Part shown: one piece after another, positions 18,656 to 26,760 of the stretch | Position numbering within the stretch: the first letter of the stretch is position 1 | Layout: each line of letters opens with the position of its first letter | Origin: an uncultured Eubacteriales bacterium | GTDB taxonomy: Bacteria; Bacillota; Clostridia; Oscillospirales; CAG-272 | Length of the DNA: 64,000 nucleotides | NCBI GenBank assembly: GCA_934486825.1 | Contig: CAKSQF010000009.1 | Span: 11,298 to 75,297 of the forward strand | Direction of reading: 5' to 3' | Notes under the pieces: model-generated | Told to the model about the DNA's origin: nothing | Databases searched by the model: none | The model's input: only the letters and a program-made list of their open reading frames with translations | Position numbers and translations under genes: made by a program

Positions 18656-18837
18656 GAGGTTTTTTAAAAATTTTTTCAAAAAAACAAAAAAGTTGACCTA
18701 AAGCAACTTGATTTTCAAAAAGAGGTGTGCTATACTTAGAGTGACGAAATCGAATGCTCATCGGCTCGTAAAACCGGAAAGCGGCAGCGACGGCAGTGCG
18801 TGTCCGACTCTTGTCACTTAAAATCGGAGGCGATTAT

Positions 18838-19209
18838 ATGAGACTGCTGGAATCCGGCGAAATGTATCTTGAAACAATTCTGGTGTTATCGAAAAAGACA
18901 AACACCGTCCGCTCGATTGATATCGCGGAGCACATGGGCTTTTCGAAGCCTGCCGTCAGTCGCGCCATGGCAAAGCTCAAGGCGGACAAATACATACTTA
19001 TGGACAAAGACGGTTTTATTGCACTGACCGGATCGGGCAGAGAGATTGCCGAAAAAATCTACGAACGTCATACTGTACTCACGAAGCTTCTGATATCCAT
19101 CGGCGTTGACGAAGAGACGGCTGCCGCCGACGCATGCAAAATAGAGCATGATATCAGCGACAAAACATTTGAAGCGATGAAAAAGCACAGTCTTAACTAC
19201 GATAAGTGA
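18838..19209 (+). CDS. DtxR/MntR-family metal-dependent transcriptional regulator
   Basis: Start at ATG 18838 (GGAGG upstream). MRLLESGEMYLETILVL...SIDIAEHMGFSKPAVSRAM is the winged-HTH of iron/manganese-dependent repressors. It lacks the SH3-like C-terminal domain, i.e. MntR-sized. Confidence 0.8.
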   Translation: MRLLESGEMYLETILVLSKKTNTVRSIDIAEHMGFSKPAVSRAMAKLKADKYILMDKDGFIALTGSGREIAEKIYERHTVLTKLLISIGVDEETAAADACKIEHDISDKTFEAMKKHSLNYDK

Positions 19210-19255
19210 CCGACAATCGATTCGCCGACGCGAAAATACTGTTACTTTCAATCAT

Positions 19256-19941
19256 AACCACCCGTCAAACGGGTGGTTTGGACAAGGGCTATAAGCCCAA
19301 GATACAGACACGCGTCTCAAGGCGCGGGCTTTCTCTTTGTTCAAGCCTTAGAGTCTTTGCCACTTTGGCAACCCCTGAAGGGGTTAGCTAAATGGGTCTG
19401 CGTATTCTCTAACGCTTAACTTGTCCATCGCAATATCTGCTTTTTCTTGATCCTGAATGTATTTCTTTATTGTACTCTCATTTAAACCCACTGTCGAAAC
19501 ATAATATCCTTCTGCCCAAAAGTGCCTGTTGCCAAACTTATACTTTAGATTTGCATGTCTGTCGAACATCATCAACGCACTTTTTCCTTTTAGATATCCC
19601 ATAAAACTTGCTACACTCATTTTGGGCGGTATACTTAGCAAAAGATGTACATGGTCCGGCATCATATGACCTTCTATAATCTCTACTCCTTTGTATTTAC
19701 ACAATGTCTTTATAATCTCTTGTAAATCCTTTCGGGTTTGATTATATATTATTTTACTTCGATATTTAGGTACAATTACTATATGGTACTTGCATAACCA
19801 TTTTGTATGTGATAAACTATTTGTGCTGTTAGCCATTAAAATTCTCCTTTCGTAGTTCTCTAAGACTTGAACATCCTTATTGTACTACTTTGGAGATTTT
19901 TTTGTATAACAACCGATGCGCACCCGCTTAGCGGGTGGTTG
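19256..19941 (-). mobile_element. IS200-type insertion sequence (IS200/IS605 family)
   Basis: A single Y1-transposase gene flanked by similar subterminal hairpins: aaccacccg-tcaaa-cgggtggtt (19256-19278) and caacc..cacccgc-tta-gcgggtggttg (19910-19941). The ~686-bp size fits IS200. The exact ends are not determined. Confidence 0.7.
19384..19836 (-). CDS. tnpA: IS200/IS605 family transposase TnpA (Y1/HUH)
   Basis: 150 aa. The HUH motif PDHVHLLLSIPP and the catalytic-Tyr region FWAEGYYVSTVG are characteristic of IS200 TnpA. Confidence 0.9.
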   Translation of the reverse strand: MANSTNSLSHTKWLCKYHIVIVPKYRSKIIYNQTRKDLQEIIKTLCKYKGVEIIEGHMMPDHVHLLLSIPPKMSVASFMGYLKGKSALMMFDRHANLKYKFGNRHFWAEGYYVSTVGLNESTIKKYIQDQEKADIAMDKLSVREYADPFS

Positions 19942-19988
19942 TCTGTTTCGGACGTCCCGTCCTCAACAGGCTAAAGCCATAATTCAAA

Positions 19989-20030
19989 GCCGTCGCTTGC
20001 GGACAAACGATCCGCAAGCGACGGCTTTTT
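19989..20030 (+). terminator. Rho-independent terminator (plus orientation)
   Basis: 15-bp stem gccgtcgcttgcgga / tccgcaagcgacggc followed by CTTTTT. No plus-strand gene ends nearby unless the IS200 insertion is discounted (see findings). Confidence 0.6.
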
Positions 20031-20058
20031 ACATAATAAATTTTTCCGACAAGACCGT

Positions 20059-21480
20059 CTACATGTCCGACTGCCCTTCGGCAAACGATTTTTTATAGGC
20101 AGGCAGCAGGAACTTCCAAAACACGGTTCCGTTCACAAGAAGCAGGGCACCCGATATGATCCTTACGATCGGTTCGGGGCAAAGAAGCGAAATACCGTTC
20201 ATATCTCCGCCGCCGAAGAAACCGCACAGAACGCTGAGATACAGCGGATCAAGGAGCAGAAGAGCAATCGTTATATACAGCTTTGCCATCTGATCGGCAA
20301 GGGCTTCGACCGCTACCGGCTTCCCAATCTGTCGGCTTCGTAAAACACAGAAGGCGACAGCGGTCCTTGCCATCTCTGCGGCACAGGATTCTTTCTTTTC
20401 TGTCAAGTCCGAGGCGATAATTTGCTTTTTCAACCGCTCCAGCTTTCGCATGGTATCGTCAAACAGATCGGCAGGCATCCGTTTGTACTTGATATATTCG
20501 TCGGTGTCTTCGAGGCACATTTCTTTCAGTTCGGCGGTTTTCTCTGCGATATACGCGAGCTTCGGATGTTCACCTGCGGGGATTGCGTCTTTGCCCATAC
20601 GGGCTTTCAGGTCTTCGTCCCAATCCTTATGTGCGGGAAAGAGTCGGTACACCTGATACTCTCCGAGCGAATGGATGCTGTCCGCGATGCGATATGCACC
20701 CTCAATTCCTGCGGAATCGTGATCCAGGCAGAGATAAACCTGTTTCAGCTGCGGATAATCTTTCAGCATCCGCAGCGCAGCATGGTCGGCGGTTGAACAT
20801 AAAGCAACATAGGAATGCTCCTGCCAACCTGCGGGATAGAGCGTCAGAAACGCAAGCAGATCTATCGGTGCTTCAAAAACATAGAGGCGGTCGCTCTTGC
20901 CGGTGTAATGAAACGCATAGTCCGCATCGCTGCCCGTGATGTTGCCTTTGAAATCCGACAACGGATTGGTCGCGCGTTTATGAAGATGCCGGACGGTTCC
21001 GGTATCATCCTTGCCGACAAAACAGACATTGTGATTGACCGCATCCTCATACAGCAGTCCCTCATGAGTGAAGGCATGAATGATATCGCGGTCGATACCA
21101 CGCTCGTTCAGAAGATACGCATACAGTCTGCGCATATCCGAATGCGGGGGAGGCGGAGAAAAGTTTTTCGGCTCGGGCTTCGGTTTTTCTTTCACTGCCG
21201 CGCGGATTTCCTGTCCCGCACTCTCGCCGAGCAGACTGCGCACCGCTTCGGGATAGGTCATTCCGAAGAACTTGCGAAGGAATTTTACAGCTCCACCACC
21301 CGTCTGTTCGTATTGGCTGTACCATTGATTTTCCCGGATTGTGACCTTTCCCGCAGGGGAGTCCCACGCAAATTCTTTGCCCGTGCGCTTTACCTGCTCA
21401 CCGTGAGCTTGCAGAAACCGAACGATGTCTGCTTGTTTTGCAAGCTCCTTTTCCTGTTCTGAAAAATGAATGTATGGCAT
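20059..21480 (-). CDS. DUF3991/Toprim domain protein (conjugative-element primase-like)
   Basis: Start at ATG 21480 (MPYIHFSEQEKELAKQADIVRFLQAHGE...), the N-terminus typical of DUF3991-Toprim proteins of Firmicutes ICEs. Toprim-like acidic motifs YVFEAPIDLL and CLDHDSAG. Unusual hydrophobic C-terminal ~70 aa. Confidence 0.7.
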   Translation of the reverse strand: MPYIHFSEQEKELAKQADIVRFLQAHGEQVKRTGKEFAWDSPAGKVTIRENQWYSQYEQTGGGAVKFLRKFFGMTYPEAVRSLLGESAGQEIRAAVKEKPKPEPKNFSPPPPHSDMRRLYAYLLNERGIDRDIIHAFTHEGLLYEDAVNHNVCFVGKDDTGTVRHLHKRATNPLSDFKGNITGSDADYAFHYTGKSDRLYVFEAPIDLLAFLTLYPAGWQEHSYVALCSTADHAALRMLKDYPQLKQVYLCLDHDSAGIEGAYRIADSIHSLGEYQVYRLFPAHKDWDEDLKARMGKDAIPAGEHPKLAYIAEKTAELKEMCLEDTDEYIKYKRMPADLFDDTMRKLERLKKQIIASDLTEKKESCAAEMARTAVAFCVLRSRQIGKPVAVEALADQMAKLYITIALLLLDPLYLSVLCGFFGGGDMNGISLLCPEPIVRIISGALLLVNGTVFWKFLLPAYKKSFAEGQSDM

Positions 21481-21560
21481 AAAGCTCCTTTCTTGTGTTG
21501 AAACTTGTTTGTGTGAAACCCGTAAGAACGGTTTTTCAGATGCTAATTGCGTAAAATGAC

Positions 21561-21589
21561 TTGACAAAACTCTTGATTTCGACTATAAT
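21561..21589 (+). promoter_or_regulatory. Consensus sigma-70 promoter for the AAA+/DUF4143 gene
   Basis: TTGACA (21561-21566), 17-nt spacer, TATAAT (21584-21589). The palindrome TATAGT-TG-TACTATA lies immediately downstream. Confidence 0.55.
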
Positions 21590-21628
21590 ATAGTTGTACT
21601 ATATATTAGTCGTATTTTGGAGGTGCGT

Positions 21629-22885
21629 ATGTTTATAAGAAGAAGTATAACCGATGTTTTGATGCGGCGGGCAAAGAACAGCAGATGTCTACTGCTCACC
21701 GGACCGAGACAGGTCGGAAAATCCACTTTGCTGAAGCACAATTATCCCGGCGTAAAGTATTATACTTTCGACGATCAGGTTTTGTTGGCATCCGCAACAG
21801 AAGATCCGAAACTCTTTTTGAAAAATATACCCAAGCCCTCGATTCTTGATGAGGTGCAATATGCAAAAGACCTTTTTCCGTATATAAAAATCGAATGTGA
21901 CAAAGACGAAAGATACGAAAACTATTACCTGACCGGATCGCAGCAGATGAAGCTGATGGCGAAAGCCAAGGAATCGCTTGCCGGCAGAGTCAGTATTCTT
22001 GAGCTTCAGGGGTTGTCCATGCGGGAGATCTGTGGCATCGGTTTCAATCGTCACTTCGTTCCGACCGATGAATATATCACCGCGCGCGAGCAGGAACTCA
22101 AGCCTTACGAGAACATCTGGCAGATCATCCACCGCGGCTCATATCCCGAGCTGTATGTCACCGAAAGGGAGTGGGTGGACTTCTATTCTTCCTATGTGCG
22201 CACCTATCTTGAAAGAGACATCAAGGATGAGATTGAAATCCGGGATGAAATTACTTTCACAAGATTCCTGACAGCTGTCGCCGCAAGAACCGGACAGCTT
22301 TTGAATTACGCAAATATTTCGGAGGAGGTCGGCGTCACCCAGGCGACAATCAAAAGTTGGGTTTCTGTTCTTGAAAAAACGGGAATCGTATATATCCTTG
22401 AACCGTACTATTCGAGTCACCTAACCAGAGCCATCAAAACACCGAAAATCTATTTCCGCGACACGGGACTTGCCTGCTACCTCTCCCGCTGGAACAATTA
22501 CGAGGCACTGGAAAGCAGCGCAGTGGCAGGAAATATGTTTGAGACCTTCGTGGTCAACGAAATCATCAAATCATTTATCAATGAAGGTCTGGAATATAAA
22601 TTCAGTGTTTTCTATTATCGCGGAAAGGACAAGAAGAAAACCAAGCAGAATGGCGAGACAATTGAAACGGAGAACGAGATCGACTTCATCATTGAAGAGA
22701 ACGGAGTTCTTTATCCGATTGAGATCAAAAAAAGCGCCAAGCCTACAAAAAGCATGGCGGATGCCTTCGATGTGTTGGACAAGGATGTCGACAAGCAACG
22801 CGGGCTTGGCGTTATTCTGTGCCTGTATGATGAAAAGCTGTATCTGAAGGATGATCTTGTTGTCCTGCCGATAGAGTACCTGTAA
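21629..22885 (+). CDS. AAA+ ATPase with C-terminal PD-(D/E)xK-like domain (AAA_14/DUF4143-type, COG1373-like)
   Basis: Start at ATG 21629 (GGAGGTG upstream). Walker A GPRQVGKST and Walker B ILDEVQ. C-terminal EIDFIIEENGVLYPIEIKKS fits a D...E-x-K nuclease-fold motif. Lies on the opposite strand to all neighbouring element genes. Confidence 0.75.
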   Translation: MFIRRSITDVLMRRAKNSRCLLLTGPRQVGKSTLLKHNYPGVKYYTFDDQVLLASATEDPKLFLKNIPKPSILDEVQYAKDLFPYIKIECDKDERYENYYLTGSQQMKLMAKAKESLAGRVSILELQGLSMREICGIGFNRHFVPTDEYITAREQELKPYENIWQIIHRGSYPELYVTEREWVDFYSSYVRTYLERDIKDEIEIRDEITFTRFLTAVAARTGQLLNYANISEEVGVTQATIKSWVSVLEKTGIVYILEPYYSSHLTRAIKTPKIYFRDTGLACYLSRWNNYEALESSAVAGNMFETFVVNEIIKSFINEGLEYKFSVFYYRGKDKKKTKQNGETIETENEIDFIIEENGVLYPIEIKKSAKPTKSMADAFDVLDKDVDKQRGLGVILCLYDEKLYLKDDLVVLPIEYL

Positions 22886-22892
22886 CTGAATA

Positions 22893-24257
22893 TTACTGCA
22901 TAGACATCTCCGCATTCCTCTTTTCTTCAATCTCCCGGCGCTGGCGTTTGTCAATGGTCGGGAGTTTTTTCGCATCGTCCCCGAGGATTTTGTCCCGAAA
23001 GGTATTCGCAAGGCTTTTGAGAAGCCCTGTGACTGTTGTCGCGCGGACGGAGTTTGTCTGATGATGCGGTGCAGTTTTTTTCTCCGAACCATGATGTGAG
23101 GTCGTGTCGCTGTCCGTTTGTGACTCTTGCTTTTGTTCTCCCGACTGACTCATCCGCATCGCTTCCCGTATGATATCGTTCTTGATGGATTTGAATTCTT
23201 TGTTTTGCGACAGCGGAATTTTCGGCGGCATCTCGGAGGTATAGGTACGCAGGGCTTCATACTTTTTCTCATACCAAAGGTCATAGAGCTTTGCAATATT
23301 CTCATCTTCGGCAAGCAGATCGACGATTTCGTCAATCAGATCCTTTATATCCCGTTTAAGATAACCGTATACCTTCTTGCCTTTTGTGCGTGAGAGACGG
23401 AGAGAAAGCTCTGCGAGCCTGGCTTCAATTTCGGGATGCGTGTTCGGATTTTCTGCCATGTCTGCGAGTATTTTTTCAAGGAGCGTGTGCCAATCTTTTT
23501 TCAGCTCGTTCCTTTTTTCTGTCTGCTCACGAAAAATATGTTGCAGGTCATCCCGAAAAATATGATTGCCGAGTGCAGAACGCATCTGTTCCACACCGTT
23601 TTTTGAGAGATATCCGACCTTCGGATCATCGGTGTAGGCGATGACATGAATGTGCGGGTGGTGCGATTCATTATGAAAAGCACTGTACCATTTCAGGTCT
23701 TCCAGGGGAATCCGCAGTGCATCAGCCAGCTCCTGCGTGTGAGAACGAAGGAGCATCTGCCATGCACGGACGTTGTTATACCCGAGCCGTTCAGCGTCCT
23801 CGCGGCGCAGAGAGACAATCATCGTCCACACGTTTCCTTCGTGCGTATTGAGATCCGCCGCAACCTCTGAGAGAACAATCTCGCCGTCCTCATCGGAAAA
23901 TAGTCCGTGTGAGCCGACTTTTTCCGCACGGGGACGGGTGGCAATGTAGTCGGCATAGGTTTTCTGACGCATGGCGGAGTGTGCGTTGTCCTCAATGGCG
24001 CGTGAGATGAATTCCGAAGCGTTTCCGACTGTCGGGTGCTGTTTGTAATCATCGTACTCCAGCATTTCCGCACTGTCGGGATAGTCCCGCAGGATTTTTG
24101 CAATCAGCTGCTTCTGATTATAGGACACGGGCGCATACTTTTTGGAATCGTCGCATCGTTCCACACCATCGCGGAGCGCAATATATTTTGCGTACCCGCC
24201 GATCTTTTTTCGTCCGCCGGGCTTATAATAACGGAACTTGGTTACGAGTTTTGCCAT
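22893..24257 (-). CDS. MobL-type relaxase / mobilization protein
   Basis: N-terminus MAKLVTKFRYYKPGG...YAKYIALRDGVE and the histidine cluster HNESHHPHIHVIAY match the remembered MobL relaxase pattern. Overlaps the upstream RHH gene by 16 nt. Confidence 0.7.
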   Translation of the reverse strand: MAKLVTKFRYYKPGGRKKIGGYAKYIALRDGVERCDDSKKYAPVSYNQKQLIAKILRDYPDSAEMLEYDDYKQHPTVGNASEFISRAIEDNAHSAMRQKTYADYIATRPRAEKVGSHGLFSDEDGEIVLSEVAADLNTHEGNVWTMIVSLRREDAERLGYNNVRAWQMLLRSHTQELADALRIPLEDLKWYSAFHNESHHPHIHVIAYTDDPKVGYLSKNGVEQMRSALGNHIFRDDLQHIFREQTEKRNELKKDWHTLLEKILADMAENPNTHPEIEARLAELSLRLSRTKGKKVYGYLKRDIKDLIDEIVDLLAEDENIAKLYDLWYEKKYEALRTYTSEMPPKIPLSQNKEFKSIKNDIIREAMRMSQSGEQKQESQTDSDTTSHHGSEKKTAPHHQTNSVRATTVTGLLKSLANTFRDKILGDDAKKLPTIDKRQRREIEEKRNAEMSMQ

Positions 24258-24661
24258 CGGATTGCATCGTCAAGACGGATGGTTCCGTTGATTCGCTTGA
24301 CCTGTTCTTCACAGCTCTCGCGCAGTTTTCGGACATCCTCACCCGAGAAACCGTTCGATGCGGCGATGACATTCATCAGCACCGCAAGCTCCACTGCCAC
24401 ACGGTACAGCTGAGTGCATTGGCGATTTTCGCTGTCCCGTATGATATTTTTCAGCGTGGAGATGACGATTCTCGGCAGGTAGCTTGGGTTATGTTCGCTT
24501 GCCACATAGCCGGAATAGAATTCAATTGCCCGTCTGACATACTCGGACACGCTGCCGCAGTTGTCTGCTTCGTACCACTTTTTTGCCATGTCGATGGTGG
24601 CTTCGGGAATGTAGATTGAGAATCGCTTTTTGCCGTTGCCGGCACTTTTGTCGTTTTCCAT
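24242..24661 (-). CDS. Relaxosome accessory protein, ribbon-helix-helix-like (MobC-like)
   Basis: 139 aa. KKRFSIYIPEATIDMAKKWY...VSEYVRRAIEFY fits an RHH beta-strand plus helices. Sits directly upstream of the relaxase, with AAGGAG upstream. Confidence 0.5.
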   Translation of the reverse strand: MENDKSAGNGKKRFSIYIPEATIDMAKKWYEADNCGSVSEYVRRAIEFYSGYVASEHNPSYLPRIVISTLKNIIRDSENRQCTQLYRVAVELAVLMNVIAASNGFSGEDVRKLRESCEEQVKRINGTIRLDDAIRWQNS

Positions 24662-24689
24662 CGTCCATTGCTCCTTTCTTTGTTTTCTG

Positions 24690-24895
24690 TCTTTGACACA
24701 CGGGTATTATGGCGTAAGCATTAGAAGGATTTCACTGTCTGACACACTGTTTTGCGGTCAAATCGCTCTTTTGACACACTGCTGCTTCTTTACCGATAGG
24801 CGCGGAAAAGTGAGCAAATGCGGTCAAAACGCGAGGAAATGCGGTCGGCTCTGCCGTCCGCTGTGAATCCGGCAGGGCGTTTGACGCACTGCCTT
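24690..24895. other. Putative oriT / relaxosome-binding repeat region
   Basis: 397-bp non-coding gap upstream of the mob genes. It contains TGAC(A/G)CAC(T)G four times (24693, 24740, 24772, 24882), TGCGGTC(A/G) three times (24753, 24819, 24840), and the inverted repeat ctgccg/cggcag (24851-24875). The nic site is not identified. Confidence 0.35.
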
Positions 24896-25058
24896 TCTCC
24901 CGCTTGAAAATCGACCCTCGCAAATACCCGCTGAACCCCTCAATATAACCATCGGAACTCCCGTAAATACCTGCGTGCCAAAGAGACGGAAGGCGACAAC
25001 AGTGAGCGATCCCGGCACGAGGCTCACACGCTCGCAAGAACCGCCCACAATCGTCGTA

Positions 25059-25337
25059 TCAGCTGTCGATCGGGTGTTTTCCCGCATCCTCACCGGAAGC
25101 TGCACAACCGCCTGAAACGGCGGGCTTCGGCTTCGTTGTATTCTTCGGTTTTCCCGTGTCGGTGGGAGACCGCTTATCTATATACTCCCGCACCTTCAGC
25201 GGGACGGTCTTCCGATACAGACCGTCGACAAGTTCGCCGATGACTGCTTCCGCCGTCTGATCCTTCTGCGAGAGAAAGATTTTCAGGGCTTCGAGCTTTT
25301 CGTCATCAAACGGAATCTGAATGGATACCTGTTTCAT
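25059..25337 (-). CDS. Small conserved element protein, unknown function
   Basis: 92 aa. The ATG overlaps the upstream stop (TAATG), with a GGAGG encoded in the upstream gene's last codons. The C-terminus is Lys/Pro/Thr-rich. Confidence 0.5.
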   Translation of the reverse strand: MKQVSIQIPFDDEKLEALKIFLSQKDQTAEAVIGELVDGLYRKTVPLKVREYIDKRSPTDTGKPKNTTKPKPAVSGGCAASGEDAGKHPIDS

Positions 25338-26224
25338 TATGCCTGTCCTCCCATCGTCGGAGCTTCGGTATTTTCAGACGGTTCATTGAACCATTTTGAC
25401 CACTGTTCCTCACTGCAGTACCCGGCAAGCGCGAAGGAGAAATCCCGGAGACGGTCTGCCGGGCATCCCGATACTTCGATCTGTGTCCCATACGCACCGT
25501 CATAGATACGCTCGACCTTTGCGGCAAGTACATCCGACCAGTCCCGCCTGCCTTCGTCGGTCAGTGTATTCCGATTCAGCTCTGCGATGGTGGCAACCTC
25601 GTGTTCTTCGTCGGCATCCAGCAGATGCACATCTTCGAGGTTGCAACCCATGAGAGAGAAAATGGTCAGAAGCTTTTCGGATGCAGACGCATCCTCCGGT
25701 GCATTTTGCAGGTACTCCGAAATCTCGAAGCAGTCCTCGGTGGCAATGACCGCGCCGACTTCCTCCTGCGCTTCCAGCTCTCCGAGAAGCATTTCACCAA
25801 TGCCGTTGGTGGGAGAGACGGTCAGATCGAAATGTTCCTTGATGTCGTCAAACCCAATCACCCAGGAGCCATTCTCGGTTTCACCGAACCTGCCCTTGAT
25901 CATAAGCTCGGCAACACGGTGAATCTCATCCCGAAGGATTTGCCGTGCCTTCGGCAGGTAGGCGGAATATCTGGCATAGAAGGAACCTTCGGAACAGACA
26001 AGGATTCCGTCATCCTCGCCCTCGCCGAGGACAAGAAGACAGTGTTTTCTTTCACCGTCATCATAGGTTTCTTTTGCATAGTCGGCGATGAAATCATAAT
26101 CGTCCAGGAGCCGTTCGCTGAACCAAGCGAACTGTTCTTGATTGAGTGTCACCACTCCGACAATGTCGGCATCGGTAACTTGGGGCGCGCTTGCTTTGCG
26201 CTCAAATCTTGCTTTGAAATTCAT
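25337..26224 (-). CDS. Acidic protein, unknown function
   Basis: 295 aa with strongly acidic stretches (LLDDYDFIADYAKETYDDGE, GEGEDDGILV, LDADEEHEV). Ends ...TMGGQA. Translationally coupled on both sides. Confidence 0.5.
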   Translation of the reverse strand: MNFKARFERKASAPQVTDADIVGVVTLNQEQFAWFSERLLDDYDFIADYAKETYDDGERKHCLLVLGEGEDDGILVCSEGSFYARYSAYLPKARQILRDEIHRVAELMIKGRFGETENGSWVIGFDDIKEHFDLTVSPTNGIGEMLLGELEAQEEVGAVIATEDCFEISEYLQNAPEDASASEKLLTIFSLMGCNLEDVHLLDADEEHEVATIAELNRNTLTDEGRRDWSDVLAAKVERIYDGAYGTQIEVSGCPADRLRDFSFALAGYCSEEQWSKWFNEPSENTEAPTMGGQA

Positions 26225-26226
26225 GT

Positions 26227-26760
26227 TTATCCTCCGTACAGATTATTGAATTGTTGTTTTTCCTCATCCGAGAAGGAAACGCCGAAAGCAGAAGAGATCA
26301 GATCCCATAGGCTTTGCTCCTCGCTCTGCAAGAGGAAGCAATCCGCATACCGCTGATAGAAGTCTTCCTCGGTTTCCTTTCCGGTCAGGCATGAGATGAA
26401 AATGGTTTTTGCTTTTGAGATATCCGCAGCACCGAGACCGTTCTCGGCAAACACGGTTTGAATGGTAGCAAGTTCGGAATCATACTGTTCCATTGCCGCT
26501 CTTTGCTCGGCGGGAATATACTCATAAACGACATTGTAGTCGATAACCTCTGCAGCACCGCCACCTGCCATCCAGCCGAACAGTCCGTACACGGCAATCA
26601 CGGGGAGCAGGACAATGAACAGCACAATACCGATCACATAACCGAGGAACTTCCGTCCGTTTTTATCTCCGGCAAGGATCGCAAGCACCTTCTTTGCGAC
26701 CTTTGCCACTACTGCGCCTATAGGTCGCCGATACGGAGTTATTGCCCGTGCGGGTTTCAC
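26227..26760 (-). CDS. Single-pass membrane protein, unknown function
   Basis: Start reassigned to GTG 26760, which overlaps the methyltransferase stop (GTGA). TM helix FLGYVIGIVLFIVLLPVIAVYGLFGW. Ends ...LYGG, with GGAGGA serving as the SD for the next gene. Confidence 0.5.
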   Translation of the reverse strand: MKPARAITPYRRPIGAVVAKVAKKVLAILAGDKNGRKFLGYVIGIVLFIVLLPVIAVYGLFGWMAGGGAAEVIDYNVVYEYIPAEQRAAMEQYDSELATIQTVFAENGLGAADISKAKTIFISCLTGKETEEDFYQRYADCFLLQSEEQSLWDLISSAFGVSFSDEEKQQFNNLYGG

